A DNA stretch of 64,000 bases. It comes from Pristiophorus japonicus (Eukaryota). The stretch is from the NCBI RefSeq assembly GCF_044704955.1, contig NC_091999.1:51150001-51214000 (forward strand), written 5' to 3'. The translations under genes and the position numbers were made by a program. The notes under the pieces are model-generated. The model worked only from the letters and a program-made list of their open reading frames with translations. It had not been told where the DNA came from and did not search any database. Below, in pieces: positions 25,675 through 39,430 of this stretch (position 1 is the first letter of the stretch; every line of letters starts with the position of its first letter).

Positions 25675-27505
25675 TATAGATATGGGAAGAGAAAAAGGTT
25701 AGTGAAGACTAATGTAGGTCGCTTCCAGTCAGAATCAGGTGAATTCATAATGGGGAACAAGGAAATAGCAGACCAATTGAACAACTTATTTGGTTCTGTC
25801 TTCACTAAGGAAGACACGAATAACCACTCGAAAATACTAGGAGACCGAGGGTCTAAGCGTGAAGGGTGAACTGAGGGAAATCCTTAATAGTCAGGAAATG
25901 TTGTTAGAGAAATTGAAGGGACTGAAGGCCGATAATCCCCAGGGCCTGATAGTCTGCATCCCAGAGTACTTAAGGAAGTGGTGCTGGAAATAGTAGTTGC
26001 ATTGGTGTTCATTATCCAACATTCCATGGACTCTGGTTCAGTTCCTATCGATTGGAAGGTAGCTAACGTAACCACACTTTTTAAAAAAGGAGGGAGAGAG
26101 AAAACAGGGAATTGTAGACCAGTTAGCCTGACATCGGTGGTGGGGAAAATGCTGGAATCAACTATTAAAGATGAAATAGCAGGGCATTTGGAAAGCAGTG
26201 ACAGGATCGGTCCAAATCAGCGTGGATTTATGAAAGGGAAATCATGCTTGACAAATCTTCTGGAGTTTTATGAGTATGTAACTAATAGAGTGGATAAGGG
26301 AGAACCAGTGGATGTGGTGCATTTGGCCTTTCAAAAGGCTTGTAAACAACGTCCCACACAAGAGATTGGTGTGCAAAATTGAGGCCCAGGGAATTGGGGG
26401 TAATGTATTGACATGGATAGAGAACTGGTTGCCAGACAGGAAGCAAAGAGTGGGAAGAAACGAATCCTTTTTAGAATGGCAGGCAGTGAGTAATGGGGTG
26501 CCGTAGTGTTCAGTGCTGGCACCCCAGCTATTTACAATATACATTAATGATTTAGACGAAGGAATTGAATGTAATATCTCCAAGTTTGCAGATGAAACTA
26601 AGCAGGGTGGCAGTGCGAGCTGCGAGGCGGATGCTAGGAAGCTGCAGGGTGATTAGGACATGTTAGGTGAATGGGCACATGCATGGCAGATGCGGTATAA
26701 TGTGGATAAATATGAGGTTAACCACTTTGGTGGTAAAAACAAGACGGCAGATTATTATCTGAATGGCGACAGATTACTAAAAGGGGAAGTGCAACGGGAC
26801 CTGGGTGTCATGGTACATCAGCCATTGCAGGTAGGCATGCAGGTACAGCAGGCAGTAAAGAAAGCAAATGGCATGCTGGCCTTCTTAGCGAGGCGATTTG
26901 ATTATAGGAGCAGGGAAATCTTACTGCAGTTGTGCAGGGCCTTGGTGAGACCACGCCTTAAGTATTGTGTGCAGTTTTGGTCTCCTAATCTGAGGAAGGA
27001 CATTCTTGCTATTGAGGGAGTGCAGCGAAGGTTCACCAGATTGATTCCAGGGATTGCAGGACTGACATATGAAGAAAGGCTGGATCGACTCGGCTTATAT
27101 TCACTGGAAATTAGAAGAGTAAGAGGGGATCTCTTAGAAACATATACAATTCTGATAGGATTGGACATGTTAGATGCAGGAAGAATGTTCCCGACGTTGG
27201 GGAAGACCAGAACCAGGGGTCACAGTCTAAGCACCGAGATCAAGAGAATATTCTTCACCCAGAGAATTTTGAACCTGTGGAATTCTCTACCACAGAAAGT
27301 TATTCAGGCCAGTTCGTTAGATATATTCAAAATGGAGTTAGATGTGGCCCTTACGTCTAAAGGGATCAAGGGGTATGGAGAGAAAGCAGGAATGGGTTAC
27401 TGAAGTTGCATGATCAGCCGTGATTATATTGAATGGTGCTGCAGACTCAAAGGGCCGAATGGCCTAATCCTGCACCTACTTTCTATGTTTCTATGTTTCT
27501 ATGTT
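25675..27505 (+). mobile_element. CR1 ORF2 RT to 3' end with (tttctatg)n tail
   Basis: RPVSLTSVVGK, GKSCLTNLLEF, FAD motif. Confidence 0.92.
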
Positions 27506-27526
27506 TAATAGTCATTTAATTCTTAT

Positions 27527-29630
27527 GGCCAGAATTTGTGTTGAGTAAGCTTTGGCAAACTAACAACATTTGCCGTTATTGCACCTTTGAAACTACAGCA
27601 ACCACAGGATGTAGCGCATGTGCGTCAAAATACGGAATCGGTGAAATTGTGGACAGTCATTCGCTGCTTCAACATTGGCTGCGCTGTGGAAATCCTCATA
27701 GCTGGAAATCAGTGAAATCAGTGAAATGGATGAAAATTAGAGCTTTCCACTGTAATATCACTGTTAAACACCCCATTAAATATGAAGACTTGTAGGAATA
27801 TGTGTATCTGGTGTTTTAATAGCGTGTCGACTGCTTAATATCCGTTCTGGCCCTGAACAACTAATTTTTATATTTGTGGCGTATCAATTTCGACATTATG
27901 ACAAAAGCTTTACATTTTAATATCTTTATGGGCCAAAAGTCCGATAGGAGGCTTCCTTCGGATGAATGCCACAGATCTGAACTTTTTCTACGAATGTACC
28001 TAGTGACTCCAGAGGCGCCTTAGTTTCCGTTCGAAGGCATAGATTGGATTCTCCTACGGGAAGGGGACTTCCTCACGCGCACAAAAAAGCTGGAAGTCAC
28101 GTGGGCCTGGACTACCAATCATTGCTGAATTCTCATTGATATTGATGGGAAGTCTGTTTCTCCATGTTTCCATTACTATCAATGAGCGTAAAACCTAAAA
28201 TACATGAACACATTATAAATAAAAAAAACCCTCACATATTTACAATTAATTGAAATTAAAATTAGTTAGATGTACTCGAAAAAAAAATATTTGGGGGATT
28301 TTTTTAACGTAATTTTTTAATGTAATAGCGTTTAAAATAAACTGACCTTAATAGACAAGGATTTTTCTGTAGCAATGTGTAATAAACTTAATTTTGATAT
28401 GTTTTTAAACTCTTACGCTGGTAAAGTAGGCTGTGCAGCTGCTTTTACCATGTGTAAAAGTTTCAAGGACGTTCGGTGGGCTGGTGGATAGCCCAATTCC
28501 TCCCATGCCAACATCCTTCCTGTGGGAATGCACGCGAAATCTTGACAGATCGGAAAAGCCGACTTTGCGAGGCCTATCCGGGTCCATACGGATTCTGTAT
28601 GGACCCGGCAAGGCTGGGACTTTACCCCTATTGTTTTAATAAGTTTGCTTATGATGTTTCAGCTTTTTGTTGAAAGAAAGAAAGAAGATTTGCATTTCTA
28701 TTGCCCCTATCACGACCACGATCGTCTCAAAGCACTTTACAGCGAAGGAATGACATTTGGAATGTATTCACGGTTGTAATGTAGGAAACGCAGCAGCCAA
28801 TTTGTGCACAGCAAGCTCCCACAAACTGCGATATAATAATGACCAGATAATCTGTTTTCGTTATGTTGATAAAGGGATAAATATTGGCCAGGACACCGGG
28901 GATAACTTCCCTGCTCTTCTTCGATATATTGCCATGGGATATTTTACATCAACCTGAGAGAGCATACAGTGCCTCTGTTGAATGGATTATCTGAACGACG
29001 GCACCTCCGACAGTGCAGCACTCCCTCAGCACTGCATTTGAGCGTGAGCCTAGATTAACATGCTATAGTCCCTGATGTGTGACTTGAACCTTCTGGTTCA
29101 GAAGCGAGACTTCTACCGACTGAGCTATAGCTGACACTATGCCCATGTAAATGTGTAATGCTTTCTGTAAAATTTTACGAAAATCCGGAAGAAAGCAGCT
29201 TCTCATTTCTTGGTTTCCTGGCTATGAATATTCTGCAACGTGATTGGCTGCTTAGAGAGCTAGTTGACTTCACAAGTGAAGCGCACAAAGTCATTCCGAC
29301 TGCAGAGCACTGAAATCAATTGAAAGTCGATTGAGGCAAACATCTCTCCACAGAGTTCACTGGATTGTGAGATCTCTGGAAGCAGCTTTCTTCGCACTAG
29401 GGGGCGCTGCAGTTGGGTGAGAACCAAAGATCGAGCCGGTGTCGTAACTGGGGGCGTTGCACACCGGCTCACCTCTCCCAGGCGGCACTGCTCTGCTCCG
29501 CCGCAAACCCTGCACCGAATATCCCGGCGGGACACTGGAAACTCACCAGCTGCGCAGAAATGCATCCCTCCGCCATTACTGCCACTCCAGAGTGAAAATA
29601 GAGACGGCAGCAAGCCGAAAATCCTGCCCC
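27527..29630. mobile_element. Composite/nested TIR-element remnants related to 3721-5326, with a SINE inserted
   Basis: Starts ggccagaatttg, similar to 3721; ends aaaatcctgcccc. Confidence 0.45.
28672..29137 (-). mobile_element. Near full-length tRNA-headed SINE with L2-like tail (DeuSINE-like)
   Basis: On the minus strand, A-box tagctcagtcgg and B-box ggttcaagtc at the 5' end; tail ...gcaaatcttctttctttc. Confidence 0.75.
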
Positions 29631-29769
29631 TAATACCTTAAATCCTCTTTCAAATTTCCCTCTGTACCTTTAGAATAGCAGAAATCGTCGCTGTGATCAC
29701 TTGACTATAGAAGCGCAGGTAATATCCCAGACAAACTGCACGAGTCCTGAAACAACAGCAATGTAACTC

Positions 29770-30260
29770 CTGTCTTAAAACCTCCTTAATCCCTACCTCT
29801 TCGACCAAGCTTTTGTTCATCTACCGTAATTTTTTCTTACGTGTCTCGGTGTCAAATTTAGTTATTTTTGTCTCATAACACTCCTGTGAAGCGCTCGTTT
29901 GTCAACGAGCACAGGGATGATGGGTGAACGGGACTTGCTGTGAGTTAGGCTAAGGGCAGCAGAGTTTTGAATGAGCTCAAATTTAAAGAGGGTCAAGGTG
30001 GGAGGACGGCCAGCAGAGCATTCGAATAGTCGAGTCTGTAGGTAATAAAAGACATGGATGATTTCAGCAGCAAATGAGCTGAGGCAGGAGCGGAGACGGT
30101 CGATATTACAGAGATTGAATTCGGCAGTTTTTGTTATGTAGAGGATATGGAGTTTGAAGCTCAATTCGTGATGAAATATGACACCAATGTTGCGAACAGA
30201 CTTGGTGAGGCTTTGACAATTGCCGGGGAGAGAGACGGAATTAGTGGATAGGGCATGGAG
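29770..30260. mobile_element. L2 fragments in both orientations
   Basis: ctacctcttcgaccaagc tail; minus strand LIQNSAA. Confidence 0.6.
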
Positions 30261-30450
30261 TTTGCGACTTAAATATTTGAAGCAAATGAGGACTTGAAAC
30301 TTTCTTGGCCGTTGTTCACCTTCATTCGCCGAGTTTTAATTTGAAGCTGTGAATTAAATCTTGCAACATTTTAGTAATATAGTATTGTGAAGTTGTTTTA
30401 TGACAATGCACCTAACAATGAGAACCACTTTCTGTCTACTCCAATTGAAG

Positions 30451-32165
30451 TTATTCAACAGCAACACAAGGAAACACTCCGGATACAAGCTGAAACACTG
30501 AGAGAGAACACGACCCTAATAAAGGAGAAGTTTGATATTTTCTAGCTGGTAGATCGATACGCTAAGCTAACGGTCATTCCTACTGTTCGAGATCGGATAA
30601 TTGTTGAACATGAACTGCTGGCTAGAGGCCAAGACCATGAAGAGTGGAGAGAGATACATCGTCTGGAAAAAAATTCGAACTGGTCAATTGTTCCAGAGCA
30701 ATACTTCCCAGACAAACTCAAATTCTGCGAGTTCATCAGCAGTGAGCAGAGTACCAGGAATTGGATAGATAAGATTGGTACCAAAAGTTGTCTATGGCTA
30801 GGCCATTGGTAAAATATACTAACACATTAAATTTGTTTTCAATATTAAATTCCGGGATTTGAATTCTATTAGCTATAGCATATACTTGAGGAATCTGATA
30901 CTGGATCTCTATCCTTACTTTGGGAATATTCTGGGAGAGCGCTAGAAGAACCCAGAGAGAGTGCTGTTCATATTCGACGGTTTGGATGAATTCAAGGAGA
31001 GAATTGATTTTGCTGATAGTCGGAGAAATACAGAACCTAAGCACATGTGCAAAATGCTGAAGATTGGTGTGAAGTGTCTGACATTGTGTACAGTTTAATA
31101 CAGCACCAATCTGCTCCCAGGATGTTCAGTGCTCGCGACAAACCGTCCCACTGCATTACATTTATTGAAAAAGGCTGAGATTAGTGTCTGGGCAGAAATC
31201 CTGGGATTTGTTGGTAAAAACAGAAGGATTATTTCAACAGGCATTTTGAAGATCAGGTGGTGGCAGCAGCTATATTCAGAGACGTGGAGGAGAACAACAT
31301 CCTGTACACCATGAGCTGCAACCCTTCCTACTGCTGGATTCTCGGGCTGTCACTGGGACCCTTCTTTACACAAAGAGACAGAAACAGCAGTAAGTTCTCA
31401 AGACAGCCACCCAACTATATTCCTCCTATATTTACAACATTCTGAGATGCCATGGCCGAGAAATTGAAAGTCCCCGTGATGTGTTACTGAAGATCGGTGA
31501 GATGGCCTTGACAGGAGTCTCCGAGAAGAAGATTGTTCAGATATGGAGATTTGATCGAGTATAATCTGCAACCTTCCCAGTTCCTGTCTGGATTCATGAT
31601 GGAACATTTGGAGAAACATAATTCAACGCAGAGCTTGGTGCACACATTCCATCACCTCACCATCCAAGAGTTTGTAGCTGCACACGCACAATTCCTGACT
31701 CAAGTTCCCACGGACATCTGGAAACTCTCCAGTGAAGCCCGCAGCAAGAATGATGGGTGATTTAAGATATCTTTCTGTTTTGCTGCTGGTCTCACTTACC
31801 CAAGAGCAGCTCGGCACCTGGAGGAGTTTCTGGGTCCATTTCTTCATCAAAAATCGGCCAAATGATTGACTGGGTGATGGAGAAGTTTGAAGGAAAGGTT
31901 AAAAACACATGGATTAAAACTCGTAGAAGGGATCTCCTGAACACATTGCACTACGTGTTTGAATCTCAGAATATGGAATTCTCTCGGGGCACAGTCGTAT
32001 ATGTGGAAGCACTTACATTTAATGGATTTCTATTGAGCCCAATTTACTTTATGGTGCTGTCTCATGTCATTGGATTCTTCGATGCAATAAATCACCTCGA
32101 TCGGGTACACTTCAGTAAGAAGGACTCAAGCGTATGGGACCTGAACTGTACAAATGTCAGGTGTT
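30451..32165 (+). pseudogene. NLR (NACHT-LRR) pseudogene, large NACHT exon
   Basis: QQQHKETLR...VDRYAKLTVI...VEHELLARGQDHEEWR; Walker A VPGIG* (Lys codon is TAG at 30766-30768); Walker B LFIFDGLDEF; NPSYCWI; FHHLTIQEFVAA. Several stops (e.g. 30543-30545) and frameshifts. Confidence 0.9.
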
Positions 32166-32249
32166 GACAAAACGTTTTATTTGTCTCGAACCGTTGAGTG
32201 AAGACCCAAGGATTGTGTTGTTGCTCTGTAAAAATCTCGGCTGACAAAC

Positions 32250-32403
32250 CAGTACAGTGCTGAGGGCTCAGTGAGTGCTGCATGGTCGGAGGTGCTGTCT
32301 TTCAGATAAAACGTTAAACTGAGGTCTGCCCTCTAAGATGGACGTAAAAGATCCCATGGCAATATTTTGAAGAAAATCAGGGGAGTTATCGCCGGTGTCC
32401 TTG

Positions 32404-32437
<34 letters not shown>

Positions 32438-32645
32438 ATCAACATAACAAAAGCAGGTTATCAGGACATTATTACATTGCTGTTTGTGGGAGTTTATGGG
32501 AGCTTGCTCTGTGCAAGTTGGCTGCCGCGTTTCATAAATTACAACAGTGACTACACTCCAAAAGTACTTCATTGACTGTAAACGCTTCGAGACGTCCAGT
32601 GATCATGAAATGCGCGATATAAAAGCAAGTGTTCCTTTCTTTCTT
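32250..32645 (+). mobile_element. SINE, same family, 5'-truncated, with internal (TA)n
   Basis: Reverse complement of the copies above; (TA)n at about 32406-32435. Confidence 0.7.
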
Positions 32646-33946
32646 TTTAATGAAGGGAAACCAACAGTTCAGTTAAAACAGAGAGCAGCAGATTCAACTC
32701 AAGTAAAAAAATTATTAGAGGATCGGTTAGTAATTCCCTGAGGACTAAAGAAATTAAAAGGATCCTTGTGCACAAGTAGGGATTTCACATTCTTTACTGG
32801 ATCAATAAATACAGGTCACTGAAATCGCCTGATAATTCAATTGCAATAAATCAGCTATATATCTGTTTTTCGCTCTGCCTAAGAGGCGCCCATTGAGGAG
32901 GTTCCTGACCCATAGGCTGACATTAACTGCAGTAGTTCATGTGTCGTAGCATCGCACCCTTTTCCCGAGGTGTAGGTGCAAGCTGGACTGGACTGTCGAC
33001 CTGCGTAGGAGAGGGAAGCAGAAACACCAAACATTCAGTAACAAAGAGCAAAGCCCAGCTTTTGGGCAGTGAGCTGCCAATGGGCAAGCTGATCTCTCTC
33101 CGCAGGGTGGCAGAACGTTACCGTAACCCATCAATGAACAGGTCTTCACGCTCTCCAATACAAGCACCCTCTCTTCGCCCAGCTGAGAGCACTCGCGCCT
33201 CTGAGTCAGGAGGTCTTGGATTCAGACCCCTAGCTCGGAATCCAGCTTGACCAGGAATTTCCCATAATCTACCCCCTTTGTGTGAATATTTCCCCCAAGC
33301 TCTCGGGCCAGTTCCACTTGAACTAAATGTAGAGCCATTTTAATGGGGATTAAAGTGAGAGGCCCGCCTCCCCTATCAACTAGGAATACACGGACATATG
33401 AAACTGTTAAAAGGACGGGATGACACCTCGTTGTTACATAAAATCCTGTGGGAATGGATTTTACAGGAGCAGTTAGATCCATTTCACAATATAACGCACC
33501 CCGAGATTTTACACAGATTCAGGTAATGCACAGAATATAAACTACAGAGAATGATCGCTTTATCGTTTCATTCAGGAAAATCGCCCCATTCCCATAAAAT
33601 CCCGATTTAAGAAGCAGCAGAAATGAGACAAGTTTCCCGAAACATGATGGGGCTGGTCACTGAGCTCCATGTGGATATTTCTGATCATCAGGGAATGAGC
33701 CCAGACTGAGGGACATTTCAAGCCTTCACACAAGAAGCTCTTTATTGAATTGATGCATTTCCTGGCATGTCTTGAATGTACAGGGAGTTGGACAGAGTGA
33801 GATTCATTGTCAGTGACCGGAAAATCTGGTTCTTAATTTCCTGACATGCTTTCAATACTTTCTGTAATATCCGAGAGAGAGAGAGAATTGTATCAGATTT
33901 GGGTTTGCTTCAATTTGTTTCTCAGACTCTGTCTATTTGTGTTTAG

Positions 33947-34028
33947 ACTCAGTCAGAAAAATCTGGGCGATACAGGAATAAGACTGCTGTCTGACGCTCT
34001 GAGGGAACCGGACTGAAAAATACTCTGT
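33947..34028 (+). pseudogene. NLR pseudogene, short LRR exon (LSQKNLGDTGIRLLSDALREPD*)
   Basis: tttag acceptor, gtgaga donor, RI-type LRR with an internal TGA. Confidence 0.75.
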
Positions 34029-34134
34029 GTGAGATTGTGTTTATAATAGCTGGATGTCTAACACTGTACAATATTACTAGTATAAGTAACAGTGTTATTA
34101 ATAAACACTGAACTTTATTCAGTAAGTTTTAAAA

Positions 34135-35215
34135 TTGAAGTCAATGGGAATCAGGACAAAAGCTCTCCAGTGACTGGTGTCATACCTAGCATAAAGGAAG
34201 ATGGTTGTCGTTATTGAAGAGCAATTATCACAGCCCTTGAACATCCTCGGCTCAACAATCTTTAGCTGCTTCATGAATGAATTTCATGCCATCATAAGGT
34301 CAGAATTGGTGTTGTTCGCTGATGTTTGCACAGTGTTCAGTTCCATTTGCAACTCTTCAGATAATGAAGCTTTCCATGCTCCATGCAGTAAGGCCTGGAT
34401 AACATTCAGGCTTGAGCTGATAAGTGCCAAGTAACATTCGCGCCACACAAATGCCAGGCAATGACCATCTCCAACAATCGAGCGACTAACAACCACACTT
34501 TGACAGTGAACGATATTACCATCGCTGAATCCCCCACCATCAACATCCTGGAGGTCACCATTGACCAGAAATTTAACTGACCCAGCCACATAAATGCTGT
34601 GGCTACAAGAGTAGGTATTCTGAGTATTCTGCGGCGAGTGTCTTGCCTCGTGACTCCCCAATGCCTTTCCACCACCTACAAGGCAGACGTCAGGGGTGTG
34701 ATGGAATAATCTCCACTTGCCTGGATGAGTGCAGCTCCAACAACACTCCAGAAGCTTGACACCAACCAGAACAATGCAGCCCATTTGATTGGCACTCCAT
34801 TCAACACGTCAACAATCCACGCCTTCCACCACTGCTTCTCCGTGGCTGCAGTTTGTACCATCAACAAGTTACTTTGCTGCAACTCGCCAAGGCTTCTTTG
34901 GCAGCACCTCCCAAACCCGCGATCTCTACCACTTGAAAGACAAGGGCAGCAGGCGCCTGGAGACTCAAGCACCTGCACGTTCCCCTCCAAGTGACACACC
35001 ATCCTAACTTGGAATTATATTGCCATTCCTTCAACGTCGCTAGGTCAAAATCCTGGAATTCCCTCCCTAATAGCACTGTGGGAATACCTTCACCATACGG
35101 ACTGCAGCGGTTCAAGAAGGCGGCTCATCACCACCTTCTCAAGGGTAATTAGCGATGGGCAATAAATGCTGGCCTTGCCAGCGATGCCCACATCCCAGGA
35201 ACGAATAAATATAAT
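34135..35215 (+). mobile_element. Non-LTR retrotransposon RT/3' fragment, non-CR1-type tail, in an NLR intron
   Basis: LFADVC; YKA.VR.VME; tail ...gcgatgcccacatcccaggaacgaataaa. Confidence 0.75.
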
Positions 35216-35625
35216 AAATGATTATCAGTAATAGTGTTACTAATAATAATGTACTGTGTTCATTCGTAACACTATTACTGATCCTAATAATGTGCAGTGT
35301 AAAATAATAATACTGATACGAATAATGTACTGAGTTTATTAATATCAGTAGGTATTATTAAACACTGTACTTTAGTATCAGTAATAGTATTAGTACTGTA
35401 GTGTTTATTAATATCCATAACGTTAAAAAATGTACATTAGTATGAGTAATAGTATTATTAAAAAACACTGTATATTATTATTAGTACATATAATAGTGTT
35501 ATTAAACAACACTGTACATTATTATCAGTAATCGTACTATTAATAAACACTGACATTGATTAGCATATGTAATAGTGTTATTAATAAACACTGACATTTA
35601 TTAATATCAGCAATCGTTTTATGAA
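35215..35625. repeat. Degenerate AT-rich tandem repeat in an NLR intron
   Basis: Recurring taataaacactgtac / atcagtaatagt motifs. Confidence 0.7.
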
Positions 35626-35699
35626 AAACACTAAATCCTGTTATCATTTTCTATCTCTCTTTGTCTGTCTCCCTTTTCATCTTTGTTGCTAATCTCCAG

Positions 35700-35867
35700 G
35701 CTGGATGATGTCGGTCTCACAGATTCTTGTGCCGAGGTTCTCACTGATGCTCTGGGTCCAATCCCGTCACTGACGCATCTGAACCTGGAATCAAACTCCT
35801 TCACCGACCTATCTGTCCCCGCTCGCTGCCGGCTCATACTGACTTGCAGGAGTCTGGAGCGGACCTG
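35700..35867 (+). pseudogene. NLR pseudogene, 168-nt LRR exon
   Basis: ctccag|G CTG GAT...; LDDVGLTDSCAEVLTDALGPIPSLTHLNLESNSFTD; ends TG|gtgagt. Confidence 0.85.
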
Positions 35868-36039
35868 GTGAGTGTTTGTATTAACGGTTAATGTAATAAA
35901 TACAATATATATGGGAATCAGTCACTCTTATGGGGAATATTTTTTTGTAATTATTTTTGAAAAATTAAGCCCGGGCTGCCTGTTATTTTCACTGTTCTTC
36001 AGTCTGTTTATTTCCTATTTAGTCTTTAATTTGTTTCAG

Positions 36040-36123
36040 GCTGTGCGGGAATTCGTTCAGTTGAAACTCATAGACATCGGAGGTCGCTGCAGGAATCCAG
36101 ACCCAGACTAAGCGTGAAACTGT
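36040..36123 (+). pseudogene. NLR pseudogene, terminal exon
   Basis: tttcag acceptor; LCGNSFS* then RSLQESRPRLSVKL* (frameshifted LRR cap). Confidence 0.65.
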
Positions 36124-36469
36124 GAAAATTTCAGTTCATAAAGATCACGACTCTCATATGGAAAATTTTGACTGATTTTTCTGCCCCTCCCCTTTAACCG
36201 ACCTCAACAGGTTTAAATCCTGATGGCCCTTTAAGGGTTTTCCGCTCGAGTTGAGCCCATTGTGACGTCGGAGGTCCAGCAACAGGGTCCCGTGACTCAG
36301 CCACCCCGCCCCACAGCACCTGCTTCTGCAGGATAACTGGGGCTGAATGTGCGCCAATGGGGCACCCACGAAATGCACAGACAGGAAGGGCCTAGGATGG
36401 GGCTCAGTCTGAGCTGAGTGGGACATTGACAATTGCAATCGGCATTCCTGGGTGTCCCTCCCAGTTGTA

Positions 36470-36970
36470 AGTGGAGTCTGTAACTAGTCGCCCTGCATAC
36501 AGTGTGCCTTTCTCCCAGTGTGCAGTGCGACGCTGCAACAGATGTCCCTGTGTACAGTGTGCATATCCCGGTGTGGAATCAGGCTTTCTAAGAAGTGTTC
36601 CTCTGTACAGTGTGTGTCTCTCCTAGTGAGGAGTAAGACTCTGTAACAAGTGTTCCTGTGCACATTATGTGCCTCCAAGCGTGGAGTCAGACTCTGTAAC
36701 AAATCTCCCTGCGTACAATGTGTATATCCCGGTGTGGAGTCAGACTTTGTAACAAGTGTCCTGGTGAACAGTATGTGCCCCTCCCAGTGTGGAGTCAGAC
36801 TAGCTAACAAGTGTCCTTGTGTACAGTGTGCCTCTCCCAGTGTTAAGATGGAAGTTGTAACAAGTGTTCCTGTATAAAGTGTGTGTCTCCTCCAGTATAG
36901 AGTCAGACACTAACAAATGTTTCTGTGTACAGTGTGCCTCTCCTAGTATGGAGTCGGACTCTGTAACTAG
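36470..36970. repeat. About 54-bp tandem repeat, about 9 copies
   Basis: gtacagtgtgcctctcccagtgtggagtcagactctgtaacaagtg repeated. Confidence 0.85.
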
Positions 36971-36974
36971 TGAT

Positions 36975-37285
36975 CCAACAACTCTACAAGATCTCTGCAT
37001 CCCTCCAATATTGGCCTCTTGAGCACCTCCTATTTTAATGACTGGACAATTGGTGGCCGTGCCTTCAGCTACCTAGACCCGAAGCTCTGGAATTCCCGCA
37101 CTAAACCTCTCAGCACTTCCTACTTTAAGCAGTTCTTAAAACCTCCCCCTTTGACGATTTGGTCAACTCAGCCAATATCTCCTAATATGTCTCAAAGTAA
37201 AATGTTATCTGATAATCAATCCTGCGAATCTTTTGGAACAGTTCATAACAAAAAAGGCTTTACATAAATGCAAGTTATTGTTGTT
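36975..37285 (+). mobile_element. L2 3' end
   Basis: GGRAFSYLDPKLWNS; ataaatgcaagttattgttgttg tail. Confidence 0.7.
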
Positions 37286-38254
37286 GTCCCTGCACTGTCT
37301 TAATTCAGCACACGCCTGATCTCATTATTTTTATAAAAACTGGCTTCATTGTTTTCAAATATTGAATAAAGATTCCTGGACGCTACATCTCGCCTCCTCC
37401 AAATGGCATTTCAGGTGTGACCGGTCTTTGTATTGAATCGTGTGGGTCTTACTTGGGAAGCTGGATATGCAATATACTCAATAAGGTGAGATTGACTGCG
37501 AGCAAAATAGCTCAGCTGGGACTCAGCAAAATGTCCACCATGAATCTGTCACAACATGGCCACCATGAACCTGCTGCAAAATGGCCGGCATGAAACTTCT
37601 GCAAAATGATCGACATAAACTTGTAGCAATATCATTGTATCATTTAGCATTGTTCATCCCATCATGCCAGTGCCGGTTCTTGGAGAGAGCTGTTAATTAG
37701 ACCCACCCTGAACCCATCGGTCTGCAAATTGTTTCTAAAGTTAAAATTCAATCTGCTTCCACCAACCTTTCAGGCAGTGCATTCGCTGTATGAAAAATTA
37801 AATCTCATCCCACCCTGTTTTAAACAATTATTTTAAACGTTTTCTTTGGTTACCCACCTCCTGCCACTGGAAAAAGATTGCCCCTATTTATTCTATCAAA
37901 ACCTCTCAAATGGCTTCCATGTCCCCACAAATTTGTTCCTTGACCCAAAACACAAATGGCATTTTGAAATTCTAACAAGCCCCAAGGTCCGTACATGGAT
38001 TCATGATTCCGACTCTTGGCCCCTGTTCATCACTGCACCAGGGACGAATTGGACACCTCTACCAAGAGCTGGCGAAGGCTCGATGGATGGGATTACCTCA
38101 TTTTGATCTACTCAGTATCGAAAATGAATACAGTAAACATCCTGAGAAAATTGAATGCTTATACAATGTCTTACCATCTTCAAAGTCTGCAAAAGCATGA
38201 AGGAAGAGGCGAAAGGGAATATACAAAACACAATCTCCAGGGACCAGAGCAGAA

Positions 38255-39430
38255 GGAAGCTTCCACATAAAAGGTTAGTGCACAAGATAAAAGTTCACGA
38301 GGTTGGGGTAAAATATCAGCATGGTTAGAGGATTGTCTAACTAACAGAAAACAGAGTGTCGGCATAAATGGTTCATTCTGTGGTTGGCAACCAGTAGTTA
38401 GTGCGGTGCGACAGGGATCAGCGCTGGGACCCCAGCTATTTACAATCTATATTAACGACTTGGTAGAAGGGACTGAGTGAAACCTCGCCAAGTATGCTGA
38501 TGATACAAAGATGGATGGAAATGCAATGTGTGACGAGGACACCAAAAATCTGCAAAAGGTCATAGAAAGGTTAAGTGAGTGCGCAAACGTTTTGCAGGTG
38601 GAGTATAATTTTGGAAAGTGCGAGGTCGTGCACGTTGGCAGAAAAAATCTAATAACAAGATAATATTTAAATGGAGAAAGATTGCAAAGTGCTGGATTAC
38701 AGTGGGACCTGTGGGTACTTGTGTGTCAAACACAAAAGTATAGTGTGCAGGTACAGCAAGAGATCAGGAAGGCCAATGGTATCTTGGCCGTCATTGCAAA
38801 GGGGATGGAGCATAAAAGCAGGGAAATATTGCTACAGCTATGCAAGGTATTGCTGAAACCACACCTGCAATACTGCGTACAGCTTTGTTTTCCATTTTTA
38901 GGAATGGATATACTTGCTTTGGAGGCAGTGCAGAGAAAGTTCACTGGGTTGATTCTGGTAATGAGGGTACTTATGAGGAAAGATAGAGTAGCTTGGGCCT
39001 CTACTCATTGGAATTCAGAAAAATGAGAGGTGATCTTATTGAAAAGTATCAGATTATGAGGGGGCTTGACAAGGCGGATGCAGAGATGATGTTTCCACTG
39101 ATGGGGGAGACTCAAACTAGAGGGCATGATCTCAGAATAAGATGCCGCCCATTTAAAACAGAGATGAGGAGGAATTTCCTCTCTTCGTGGTTTGTGAATC
39201 CTTGGAATTCGCTGCCTCAGAGAGCTGTGGAAGCTGGGACATTGAATACATTTAAGACAGAAATAGGCACTTTCTTAACCGATAAGGGGATCAGGGTTTA
39301 TGGGGAGCGGGCGTGGAAGCGAAGCTGAGTCCATGATCAGATCAGCCATGATGCTATTGAATGGCAGAACGGGCTCTCAGGGCCCTATGGCCTAATCCTG
39401 TTCCTATTTCTTGTGTTCTTATGTTCTTAA
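38255..39430 (+). mobile_element. CR1 RT to 3' end
   Basis: QGSALGP, YADDTK, KPHLQYC. Confidence 0.88.

Noticed and set aside
20500-27505. RT/endonuclease ORFs as an active retroelement or host gene
   Set aside because: Fragmented by stops and frameshifts and 5'-truncated; ordinary decayed CR1 copies.
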